In this document: piece after piece, positions 8,851 through 16,849 of the stretch
How positions within the stretch are numbered: position 1 is the first letter of the stretch
How the letters are laid out: every line of letters begins with the position of its first letter
The notes under the pieces: generated by a model
The model's database searches: none
The model's input: the letters and a program-made list of their open reading frames with translations, nothing else
What the model was told of the DNA's origin: nothing
From: Phormidium lacuna HE10JO
GTDB taxonomy: Bacteria > Cyanobacteriota > Cyanobacteriia > Cyanobacteriales > JAAUUE01
Assembly (NCBI GenBank): GCA_943370025.1
Contig: CALRPI020000018.1
Span: 561-32,560, forward strand
Reading direction: 5' to 3'
Length of the DNA stretch: 32,000 bases
Made by a program: the position numbers and the translations under genes

Positions 8851-10002
8851 CTACTTACTTAAGGTCTCTTTTTCCATCTGGATTTCTGGGTCTGTTTCTA
8901 AGCTAGGATAGGTGGCAATTTTCTTGCCGCCGAGGAGTTTTTGGACTTGAGCTAAACCCTCAGTTCGGAGCCAACCAACCAAGCCATCGGGCAACACCGT
9001 CACCACAATTAGGAATAATGCTCCTTGGAAAAATAGCCAAATATCGGGAAATTGTTCACTCAACAAACTCTTGCCAAAATTAACTACCAAAGTCCCTAAA
9101 ATTGCCCCCACTAAGCTGGCTCTACCCCCCACAGCAACCCAGATCACCATTTCAATAGAAAAAGCAATATCCATCGCCTTAGGAGAAATCAAACCCGTTT
9201 GCACCGTAAACATTGCCCCTGATAATCCAGCAAGAGCAGCAGAAATGCCAAATACTAACACCTTAAATCCCGTAGGGTTATAGCCCGAAAACCTCACCCG
9301 GCTCTCGTCATCTCGAATTGCCACGAGTAGTTTGCCAAATCGGCCACTGGTTAACCAACGGCACAGGGCATAAGTCCCAGCTAAAACGACGATCGTTAGG
9401 GTATAAAAGACAAACTGGGTTTGGGGATCACTAACTGATACGCCGAGGATGGTTTTGAAGTTGGTTAAACCGTTGGTGCCATTGAATAGCTTTTGTTGCC
9501 CGTTGAAGAAGTTGAAAAAGACGATCGTCGCCGCTTGGGTGAGAATCGAGAAATATACACCCCGAATCCGGTTCCTGAATACTAAATAACCCAATACTGA
9601 TCCAAGAATCAAAGGGAACAAAAGAACTGCGATCGCACTAAACCCAAAACTACTAAAGGGTTGCCAGAAAAATGGCAATTCTGTACCTCCGTAGAGGTTC
9701 ATAAATTCGGGCATTTTTCCCGGTTCTAGGGGGGCCAACTGAAGATGCATGGCGATCGCATAGCCTCCCAAGGCAAAAAATACCCCATGACCTAAACTTA
9801 ATAACCCCGTGTAGCCCCAGATCAGATCAATAGCTAGGGCAGCGATCGCCAGTGCCAGAAATCTCCCCAGTAAGTTCAGCCGGAACCCCTGCACAAACAG
9901 AGGCACAAGCAAAATCAGAACGAGGGCAACTCCCACCACAATCCCTACTTCCAACAACAATTTATTCCCAGATTTTTCCTTCAGTCTACTAGCCAGATTC
10001 AT
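8851..10002 (-). CDS. urtC: Urea ABC transporter permease UrtC
   Basis: It is a branched-chain-type (LivM-like) permease positioned between urtB and urtD. Confidence 0.9.
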   Translation of the reverse strand: MNLASRLKEKSGNKLLLEVGIVVGVALVLILLVPLFVQGFRLNLLGRFLALAIAALAIDLIWGYTGLLSLGHGVFFALGGYAIAMHLQLAPLEPGKMPEFMNLYGGTELPFFWQPFSSFGFSAIAVLLFPLILGSVLGYLVFRNRIRGVYFSILTQAATIVFFNFFNGQQKLFNGTNGLTNFKTILGVSVSDPQTQFVFYTLTIVVLAGTYALCRWLTSGRFGKLLVAIRDDESRVRFSGYNPTGFKVLVFGISAALAGLSGAMFTVQTGLISPKAMDIAFSIEMVIWVAVGGRASLVGAILGTLVVNFGKSLLSEQFPDIWLFFQGALFLIVVTVLPDGLVGWLRTEGLAQVQKLLGGKKIATYPSLETDPEIQMEKETLSK

Positions 10003-10191
10003 CGCTATAACTCCCCCTTTAATCAGTTATCAGTTATCAGTTAGCAATTTTAGCAATTAGCAGTTATCAGTTATTTTTGTTAGAGGTCATTTATAAAGTG
10101 GCTAGAGGGTTTAATTTTTCGTCCCCTCCGGGGACAAAAAATCTGATTTTATAAATAGTTTCTTAACTGTTAACTGGTAACTGTTCACTGT
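10003..10191. repeat. Foldback spacer between urtB and urtC
   Basis: From left to right it contains a CAGTTAT heptamer array (10021-10076), the 26-nt box copy b (10079-10104, reverse strand) and the hairpin GTCCCC-tcc-GGGGAC (10120-10134). These are followed by a degenerate forward box (about 10146-10166) and a TAACTGT heptamer array (10164-10191). The left and right halves are imperfect reverse complements. The last heptamer abuts the urtB stop codon. Confidence 0.6.
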
Positions 10192-11361
10192 CTATGCGTC
10201 CACAGTCCGACCCTTCTGGGGGAAGATGCCCCCTGGACGGAATTGTAGGAAGCTAATAATTAAGAAAAATACCATCACCTTTGCCATACTGGCGGTGGCA
10301 AAGAAGGTAAAGAAATCGGCTAGGGGTTTGATGGGTTGGACGAGGAGGGCGATCGTTCCTGAACCGACAAAGTAGTTGAGGGTGCCAATGGCGATCGCCG
10401 CTACCACACTACCCGCCAGCTTGCCCACACCGCCAACCACCACCACCATAAAAGTATCTACCACGTAGTTTTGCCCCGTATTAGGTCCCACAGAACCCAA
10501 GAGACTAATTGCACAACCAGCAATTCCGGCTAAACCTGAGCCGAGGGCAAAGGTGAGAGAATCGACCTGTTGGGTAGGTATTCCTAGGCAAGCACTCATG
10601 GTGCGGTTTTGGGTGACAGACCTGATTCTTAAGCCCCACCGGGATTTTTGTAAGAATAGATAAATCCCCAGCATACAGGCAGCAGTCAGAAAAATAATGA
10701 ATAGGCGAGCGTAGGGAATTTGAAAAGTGCCGAAGACCTTCACCCCGCCCCGGAGCCAAGCTGGAGCCGTCACATCGACGTTTTGCGCCCCAAACCAAGG
10801 TTTTGTCACCGTCAGTTTGAAAGTTTGAGCGAGAATAAAACCTGTAGCACCGCTAATCCCTAGACAGACTGGGAGCATGATTGACCAGACGATGGTTTTA
10901 ATGCGATCGTAATCTGCCCGCTTAGAAATAAACCATAATCCGCCAAAAAATAAGGTAGAAAAGATAACTAAACCAATAAGAATTACACCATTCAAACTGC
11001 GAACAAACTGTTGCAGAATCAGACTGACACCCCAAGTTGCCAAAAGAGTTTCGAGGGGACGACCGTAGAGGTAGCGAATTACGCCTCGTTCGAGGAGAAT
11101 CCCAAACCCCGCCGTCAAGAAAAAAGCTACGGGCAAGGCAAAAATGATATAAGTATCTGACCAAGGACTGCCAAAGGTTTTGAAGATATTTTGCACCACA
11201 AAAGTAGTGTAAGCCCCCAGCATCATAAATTCGCCATGAGCCATATTAATTACGCCCATCAGCCCAAAGACGATCGCCAAACCTAGGGCTGCTATAAGCA
11301 ATACAGCACCAATACTAACACCATTAAATAAGCCTTCCAATAATCCTTGAACAATCAGCAC
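10192..11361 (-). CDS. urtB: Urea ABC transporter permease UrtB
   Basis: It is a LivH-like permease with an N-terminus (LEGLFNGVSIGAVLLIAALGLAIVFGLMGVINMAHGEFMMLGAY) typical of UrtB. The start codon is GTG. Confidence 0.9.
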   Translation of the reverse strand: MLIVQGLLEGLFNGVSIGAVLLIAALGLAIVFGLMGVINMAHGEFMMLGAYTTFVVQNIFKTFGSPWSDTYIIFALPVAFFLTAGFGILLERGVIRYLYGRPLETLLATWGVSLILQQFVRSLNGVILIGLVIFSTLFFGGLWFISKRADYDRIKTIVWSIMLPVCLGISGATGFILAQTFKLTVTKPWFGAQNVDVTAPAWLRGGVKVFGTFQIPYARLFIIFLTAACMLGIYLFLQKSRWGLRIRSVTQNRTMSACLGIPTQQVDSLTFALGSGLAGIAGCAISLLGSVGPNTGQNYVVDTFMVVVVGGVGKLAGSVVAAIAIGTLNYFVGSGTIALLVQPIKPLADFFTFFATASMAKVMVFFLIISFLQFRPGGIFPQKGRTVDA

Positions 11362-11400
11362 TATCTTCTCCTAATAGCTAGTTTTTTAGGCATGGAATTA

Positions 11401-11433
11401 AGAATAATGCCGCGCAATGCGCGGCATTATTCT
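11401..11433. repeat. Perfect 15-bp-stem palindrome AGAATAATGCCGCGC-aat-GCGCGGCATTATTCT between urtA and urtB
   Basis: It is exactly self-complementary. It starts (on the coding strand) 8 nt after the urtA stop. It shares the core CCGCGC-NAT-GCGCGG with the palindrome at 27441-27473. Confidence 0.6.
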
Positions 11434-11440
11434 TGACTAA

Positions 11441-12787
11441 TTAGGTCTTGTACTTGCCACCCTTCTTAGAATCAGACCAGTCGCAGGCAAAGCCCTTGGT
11501 TTCAGTTACGAATTGATTCCAAGGAATGGGGACTACTGGTTGAGGAGTAGCTTGGACAATCTCAAATAGACCATCTTGGCGGATTTGACCGATGCGGACA
11601 ATCTTGGAGATATGGTGATTTGGATTCATGGTTACCATGCCGCCGGGAGCATCGAAGGTAACACCGTAGGCAGCAGCCCGAACTTTTTCTAGATCGTCAG
11701 CGGTCTTAGCTTTTTCTACGGCAGCCTTCCAGAGATAAACGGCGATGTAAGCGGCTTCCATGGGGTCGTTGGTGACTCGATCGTTACCATATTTCTTTTT
11801 AAAAGCATCAACAAACTTCTTGTTAGCAGGGCTTTCCACGGTCATGAAGTAGTTCCAAGCAGCGTAGTGACCCTTGAGGAATTCCACGCCGATCGCTTTC
11901 ACTTCTTCTTCAGCAATACTCACAGACATAACTGGATACTTGTCTGCGGTTAGTCCTGCTCCCTGCATTTGCTTAAAGAAAGCCACATTGCTATCGCCAT
12001 TGAGGGTGTTATAGATGACACCACCGTTGGGCAGAGCGGCTTTGATTTTGGTAATGATTGCGGTAACTTCAGTGTTGCCTAGGGGAAGATAATCCTCGCC
12101 CACGGTCTTACCACCCTTAGCGTCTAATTGAGCTTTGATGATGGTGTTGGCAGTTCTAGGGAATACGTAGTCAGAACCAACTAGGAAAAATTCCTTGCCT
12201 TTCTTTTCTAGCAACCAATCTACAGAAGGCTCGATTTGTTGGTTAGGAGCAGCTCCGGTGTAGAAGATATTCTGGGAACATTCTTGACCTTCGTACTGCA
12301 CGGGGTACCAAAGCATATGTTTTTTCTCTTCAAATACTGGCAACACTGCTTTCCGGCTAGCAGAAGTCCAGCAACCAAAGACCACAGCCACTTTGTCTTG
12401 GTCGATTAATTTCTTGGATTTCTCGGCAAAAGTGGGCCAATCAGATGCCCCATCTTCCACAACTGCCTCAATCTTTTTGCCGAGAACACCACCAGCAGCG
12501 TTAATTTCTTCGATCGCTAGCTGTTCAGCATCTACTACACTTTTTTCACTAATTGCCATCGTGCCACTCAAGGAGTGGAGAATGCCGACTTTGATTGTGC
12601 CACCGCCGCCTGCTGCGGGAGATGCTGCGGGGGAGCCTGCGGGAGATGCTGCGGGTGAACCTGTAGGGGATGCCGCTGGGCTACTACTTGCTGTGGGAGA
12701 ACCACCACAGGCTTTCAGAAAAATACTTGTACCTACGGTAGCACCACCGTAAAGTAAAAATTTGCGTCTATTAATGCGCTTTGACAT
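11441..12787 (-). CDS. urtA: Urea ABC transporter substrate-binding lipoprotein UrtA
   Basis: The motif [17 protein letters not shown] is typical of UrtA. The N-terminus has a twin-arginine-like RRKFL, a lipobox (LKAC) and a Pro/Ala/Ser repeat linker. Confidence 0.92.
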   Translation of the reverse strand: MSKRINRRKFLLYGGATVGTSIFLKACGGSPTASSSPAASPTGSPAASPAGSPAASPAAGGGGTIKVGILHSLSGTMAISEKSVVDAEQLAIEEINAAGGVLGKKIEAVVEDGASDWPTFAEKSKKLIDQDKVAVVFGCWTSASRKAVLPVFEEKKHMLWYPVQYEGQECSQNIFYTGAAPNQQIEPSVDWLLEKKGKEFFLVGSDYVFPRTANTIIKAQLDAKGGKTVGEDYLPLGNTEVTAIITKIKAALPNGGVIYNTLNGDSNVAFFKQMQGAGLTADKYPVMSVSIAEEEVKAIGVEFLKGHYAAWNYFMTVESPANKKFVDAFKKKYGNDRVTNDPMEAAYIAVYLWKAAVEKAKTADDLEKVRAAAYGVTFDAPGGMVTMNPNHHISKIVRIGQIRQDGLFEIVQATPQPVVPIPWNQFVTETKGFACDWSDSKKGGKYKT

Positions 12788-12846
12788 GGTATTTCTAACC
12801 TCACTCCTTACATATCGATTTCATATCGAAATAATTCAATCCGTTG

Positions 12847-12852
12847 ATAGTA
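12847..12852 (-). promoter_or_regulatory. Candidate -10 box TACTAT (TAN3T) of the urtA promoter
   Basis: On the minus strand it lies 22 nt downstream of the GTAN8TAC site. This is the canonical spacing for class II NtcA-activated promoters. Confidence 0.45.
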
Positions 12853-12874
12853 GTGCTAGGTTAGCAATATTTTT

Positions 12875-12888
12875 GTAGCCTATGATAC
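12875..12888 (-). promoter_or_regulatory. NtcA-binding-site consensus GTA-N8-TAC (GTAGCCTATGATAC) upstream of urtA
   Basis: It matches the palindromic consensus exactly. It lies 88-101 nt upstream of the urtA ATG. urt operons are known NtcA targets in cyanobacteria. Confidence 0.6.
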
Positions 12889-13380
12889 AATCTCTCCTGA
12901 TTTGATTTATCTCCATTTCCTTGGATTATGTATATACTTACAGGGTAGTAAATTGGGTAGAGATAGATAAATCGCTGTGTCTTCAGTTACGTTTTTAGTA
13001 ATAACGAATTGACCAGACATCGAAATCTTTATCTGATGGGGAGACTAACTTAATGCTATTTATTGAATATAAGTCAAGTTATCTACCAGAAGGAATTTAA
13101 TCTACTGCTCTAATTAACTTAGTCAACATTAGTATAGAAAATTTTAATTATTTCCTAGATCAACTATTAGTACATAAACTAAGTTCTGATCGCAAAAGTC
13201 AGCTAACTTAGCTGGGATCATTATAATTAAAGACTAAATTGCCAAATTACAGATTTTTTCTAATCAAGTTTAGAAAACCTGACTGGAGAATCCTCGTTTT
13301 TTCAGGAGGGTGGAAATTGTTCATCCTTCCTATCGAGTCTGGGATAATTCTCCTCTAGAATATATAGCTATCCTAAATAG

Positions 13381-13591
13381 GTTGAGAACGGCTTCCCCTC
13401 CGGGCTGCCGTGTACACACAAGTATTGATCATCTCGTTTAATGGGGAGGATCCCCCTAAATCCCCCTTAAAAAGGGGGACTTAAATTAATTCTCCCCCCT
13501 TTTTAAGGGGGGCTGGGGGGATCAACTCCTGAAACGTAATCGGAATGGACTTGTGTGTACACCGTAGCCCTCCGGGGGAGACGTTCTCAAC
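13381..13591. repeat. Nested MITE-like foldback element
   Basis: The outer 43-nt arms are 13381-13423 (GTTGAGAACGGCTTCCCCTCCGGGCTGCCGTGTACACACAAGT) and 13549-13591, with about 8 mismatches. They enclose an inner inverted repeat at 13449-13523 (GATCCCCCTAAATCCCCCTTAAAAAGGGGGA ... TCCCCCCTTTTTAAGGGGGGCTGGGGGGATC). The flanks share CCTCTARAA...ATCCTAAA direct repeats. Confidence 0.5.
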
Positions 13592-13675
13592 CCTCTAAAA
13601 TCCTAAACTCAATAATTAGGATTACCATAGTCAGTTATTGACTTTTAATTATTTACTGCCAACTAATCTTTATAT

Positions 13676-15184
13676 ATGTATTGTGACTACCTCGAACGCA
13701 TCCTCACGGCTCGTGTCTATGATGTTGCCCAAGAAACTCCCCTAGAATATGCCCCTAATCTTTCCACCCGCCTTGAGAATAAATTGCTCCTGAAGCGGGA
13801 AGATATGCAATCGGTATTTTCCTTCAAGTTGCGGGGGGCTTATAACAAGATGGCTCAGTTGCCCCCGGATCTATTGGCACAAGGAGTTATTGCTGCTTCG
13901 GCGGGGAACCATGCCCAAGGCGTGGCTTTGGCAGCCAGTCGGCTGGGGACACGATCGATCATTGTCATGCCCGTCACTACCCCAGAGGTGAAGGTGAATG
14001 CGGTCAAAGCAAGGGGAGCAGAAGTAGTCCTCTACGGGAATACCTACGATGATGCCTATACCCATGCCCGCCAGTTGGAGCAGGAGAAAAACTTGACATT
14101 TATTCATCCCTTTGATGATCCCGATGTGATTGCCGGGCAGGGGACGATCGGGATGGAGATTCTCCGCCAGTGTCAGCAGCCGATCCATGCGGTTTTTGTG
14201 GCGATCGGCGGTGGGGGCTTAATCTCTGGGATCGCTGCCTATATCAAGAGATTACGCCCGGAAGTGAAAATTATTGGTGTGGAACCAGTGGATGCGGCGG
14301 CGATGTATCAATCTTTGGCGGCAGGCAAGCGGGTTCGTTTACCCCAAGTGGGTTTATTTGCCGATGGAGTGGCAGTACGAGAAGTAGGAGTAGAGACTTT
14401 CCGTTTGTGTCAGCAGTACGTGGATGAAATTATTTTGGTGGATACCGATGATACCTGTGCGGCTATTAAAGATGTGTTTGAAGATACTCGATCGATCCTT
14501 GAACCGGCTGGGGCATTGGCGATCGCTGGGGCAAAAGCCTACGTGGAACGGGAACAGATCACCGGAAAAACCCTAGTGGCGATCGCCTGTGGCGCAAATA
14601 TGAATTTCGATCGCCTCAGATTCGTCGCTGAACGAGCTGAACTGGGGGAACGGCGGGAGGCGATATTTGCTGTGAATATTCCTGAATCGCCGGGCAGTCT
14701 GCGGAGATTTTGTGATTGCTTGGGCGATCGCAATCTAACCGAATTTAGCTATCGGATTGCCGATTCCCAAGCGGCACATATTTTTGTCGGCTTGCAAATC
14801 AAAAACCGAGCTGATGCCGCCCAGATGGTGCAAGGCTTCGAGTCCTGTGGATTTAAAACTATTGATCTCACGGATGATGAACTCACTAAACTCCATCTCC
14901 GTCACATGGTGGGGGGGCGATCGCCTTTGGCACATAATGAATTGCTCTATCGGTTTGAGTTTCCAGAGCGACCGGGGGCTTTGCGGTTGTTTGTCAATTC
15001 CATGAGTCCCAACTGGAATATTAGTTTATTTCACTATCGGAACCACGGCGCAGACTACGGCAGGATAGTGGTGGGAACCCAAGTCCCGCCCCAAGAAATG
15101 GCAGATTGGCAAGCCTTTCTAGATACCCTCGGCTATCAATACTGGGATGAGAGTCAGAATCTGGCTTATAAGCTATTTCTTTAA
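13676..15184 (+). CDS. ilvA: Biosynthetic threonine ammonia-lyase (threonine dehydratase) IlvA
   Basis: It has the PLP-lysine motif (SFKLRGAYN) and a glycine loop (GGGGLISG). Two C-terminal ACT-like regulatory repeats are present, and the 502-aa length is typical of IlvA. Confidence 0.92.
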   Translation: MYCDYLERILTARVYDVAQETPLEYAPNLSTRLENKLLLKREDMQSVFSFKLRGAYNKMAQLPPDLLAQGVIAASAGNHAQGVALAASRLGTRSIIVMPVTTPEVKVNAVKARGAEVVLYGNTYDDAYTHARQLEQEKNLTFIHPFDDPDVIAGQGTIGMEILRQCQQPIHAVFVAIGGGGLISGIAAYIKRLRPEVKIIGVEPVDAAAMYQSLAAGKRVRLPQVGLFADGVAVREVGVETFRLCQQYVDEIILVDTDDTCAAIKDVFEDTRSILEPAGALAIAGAKAYVEREQITGKTLVAIACGANMNFDRLRFVAERAELGERREAIFAVNIPESPGSLRRFCDCLGDRNLTEFSYRIADSQAAHIFVGLQIKNRADAAQMVQGFESCGFKTIDLTDDELTKLHLRHMVGGRSPLAHNELLYRFEFPERPGALRLFVNSMSPNWNISLFHYRNHGADYGRIVVGTQVPPQEMADWQAFLDTLGYQYWDESQNLAYKLFL

Positions 15185-15347
15185 GGAGGAAAGTACCGGG
15201 AGATACAGGGAGGTAAGGGAATAAATAAGTATCTGGTTTGATCATTATTATTGATGAAGATGGCTAACGGCTTGCGCTTCACCGGAAGAAAACAAAGCTT
15301 GCTACGCAACCAATAGCAGATACCGCCGTTCTGAGTTCAAGCTCTTG

Positions 15348-15626
15348 TTATGCTTGATGCTGAGTTTTTTTGCTCTCTATATATTGGCGCAAAACGTTGT
15401 TAATTAGAGTTTTATGCTGTTCTCCTTGAGCCTGAAACCACTGCTTCACGTCAGGATCAAGCTGAACTAGGTTATGGGCTTTATCTGCTGGAATGCGTAA
15501 AGTCGCTTGTTCAAAAAAATCATCTGTCAGCGGTGGAATATCTGAATAATCAATATTCTCTTCTGACCTTGATTCTAAAGCTGCCCAATTAGTACGAGAG
15601 GTACTGTTCAAATCTTTTTTGCTCAT
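15348..15626 (-). CDS. brnA: BrnA-family antitoxin
   Basis: It is a 92-aa protein immediately downstream of, and overlapping, brnT. The C-terminal RHH-like region (VQLDPDVKQWFQAQGEQHKTLINNVLRQYI) is typical of BrnA. Confidence 0.8.
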   Translation of the reverse strand: MSKKDLNSTSRTNWAALESRSEENIDYSDIPPLTDDFFEQATLRIPADKAHNLVQLDPDVKQWFQAQGEQHKTLINNVLRQYIESKKTQHQA

Positions 15627-15867
15627 GACGGTTGGCTCTTCGTGCTGAAATGATTCGGATTATATCTTTTCGACGTTCTGTCCAGACTATTACCGCTATC
15701 CCAAAACCGAGAAAACCGATCCCGATCCAGCGATCTTCGCCATAATCAAAACGATCATCTAGCTCAATCAGCATTTCACCATCAAACATTGAGAGAACAT
15801 CAGCAAAATCAATCTCATGTTTACGGATGTTTTCAAGATTTTTTGCTTCGTCCCATTCAAATTGCAT
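15589..15867 (-). CDS. brnT: BrnT-family toxin (type II TA ribonuclease)
   Basis: The N-terminus MQFEWDEAKNLENIRKHEIDF and the RIISARRA motif are hallmarks of BrnT. Confidence 0.85.
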   Translation of the reverse strand: MQFEWDEAKNLENIRKHEIDFADVLSMFDGEMLIELDDRFDYGEDRWIGIGFLGFGIAVIVWTERRKDIIRIISARRANRHEQKRFEQYLSY

Positions 15868-15918
15868 GAAGGATTAGGGTATGACAGATTAAACTAACCT
15901 CTTTTATTATCACGCATG

Positions 15919-16038
15919 ACGGTTTTGGGAACTCAAGTCCTGCCCCAAAAAATGACAGAATGGCAAGCATTTCTCGATACCCTAGGCTATCAATACTGGG
16001 ATGAGAGTCAGAATCCGGCTTATAAGCTGTTTCTTTAA
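15919..16038 (+). pseudogene. Orphan duplicate of the last ~40 codons of ilvA (including the stop)
   Basis: It translates as TVLGTQVLPQKMTEWQAFLDTLGYQYWDESQNPAYKLFL*, compared with IlvA ...IVVGTQVPPQEMADWQAFLDTLGYQYWDESQNLAYKLFL*. A hand alignment to 15065-15184 shows about 14 mismatches in 120 nt. Confidence 0.85.
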
Positions 16039-16058
16039 TGAGGAGTTCGGGTTAAGGG

Positions 16059-16097
16059 CTTTTTGAGGGGTGGCGCAATGTGTCGCTCCTCAAAAAG
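16059..16097 (+). terminator. Stem-loop CTTTTTGAGG-(19 nt)-CCTCAAAAAG just after the orphan ilvA 3' fragment
   Basis: It has a 10-bp perfect stem and starts 21 nt after the remnant stop codon. It is plausibly the ancestral ilvA terminator. There is no strong U-tract. Confidence 0.4.
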
Positions 16098-16207
16098 TCT
16101 AATTTTATATGCGCATCACGCGCACAAAACCAGGAACCTTAGCTTATTCCGAGGGTGCAGTTAGCAACCGCCCTGTCGCTCGCCACCTTAGCTAGAGAAA
16201 TCCATTC

Positions 16208-16627
16208 TTATTCACCCATATAAGGCTCTCCTGATAAAAGGATCACGAGAAGCATACTTATCCAAACTACAAGCATTAAATAGATTGATAGAGCAAAACA
16301 ATTTAGTACCAACCTTAATACCTTTTGCCATACGTGCTGTTTTCGTCTAACTGCTATGATAACCTTCATCACTCCTGTAATAACAAGCGGTAGAGTCGAG
16401 ATCGTAGCTAAAAGCCAACCACAGAAAAAAGAGATAACTGGTGCTACGTTGAACACTATACTCATCACCATGATTAGACAAGCCAAGACGAGCAAGCTTG
16501 AACAAGTGAGTTCTACGAGGAGAATTCCCTTGCTAGATTGTGTTTGTCTGTGATATTTAAGAGCGCTTTTAGCAATAAGAACTCCATGTAGTCCCGTCAA
16601 CCCAGCAACTGCGTATTCAGGTGACAT
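16208..16627 (-). CDS. Hypothetical small polytopic membrane protein
   Basis: It is 139 aa with about 4 TM helices. I recognise no family. It lies in the HIP1-free patch. Confidence 0.45.
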   Translation of the reverse strand: MSPEYAVAGLTGLHGVLIAKSALKYHRQTQSSKGILLVELTCSSLLVLACLIMVMSIVFNVAPVISFFCGWLLATISTLPLVITGVMKVIIAVRRKQHVWQKVLRLVLNCFALSIYLMLVVWISMLLVILLSGEPYMGE

Positions 16628-16849
16628 TATTGATGCTTAACTCCTGCGTAAGAGCTGTTTGAAAAGTTTGATGGTCGATAAAAAGCCTTCCTCGGATGGC
16701 CTAGTTCTCCCCTGAATGATCGCTAACTCTCACTTTCGCAACTCATACCAGTACCTCTGGAAGCTTGGCAAGCTAAAGACTCTGGTCAGCAGCTGCCAAT
16801 ATCCTTGGAATTCAACCAGAAACCCTCGTCAGTCCGCTGCAAGCACGGG

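Noticed and set aside
10021-10191. Whether the tandem short repeats here and at 21773-21892 could be a CRISPR array.
   Set aside because: The repeat unit is only 7 nt and contiguous. There are no 25-40-nt spacers and no cas genes. These are STRR-like heptamers, not CRISPR.
12393-12752. A 119-aa plus-strand ORF antisense to urtA. The track has similar antisense ORFs, for example 5601-5972, 8304-8507, 8598-8801, 9071-9283, 10505-10798, 10922-11164, 13871-14188, 14539-14935, 20875-21171, 22946-23284, 28197-28888 and 30075-30425.
   Set aside because: All lie entirely inside well-supported genes on the opposite strand or in another frame. They have low-complexity or odd composition and no recognisable motifs. 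They are shadow ORFs.
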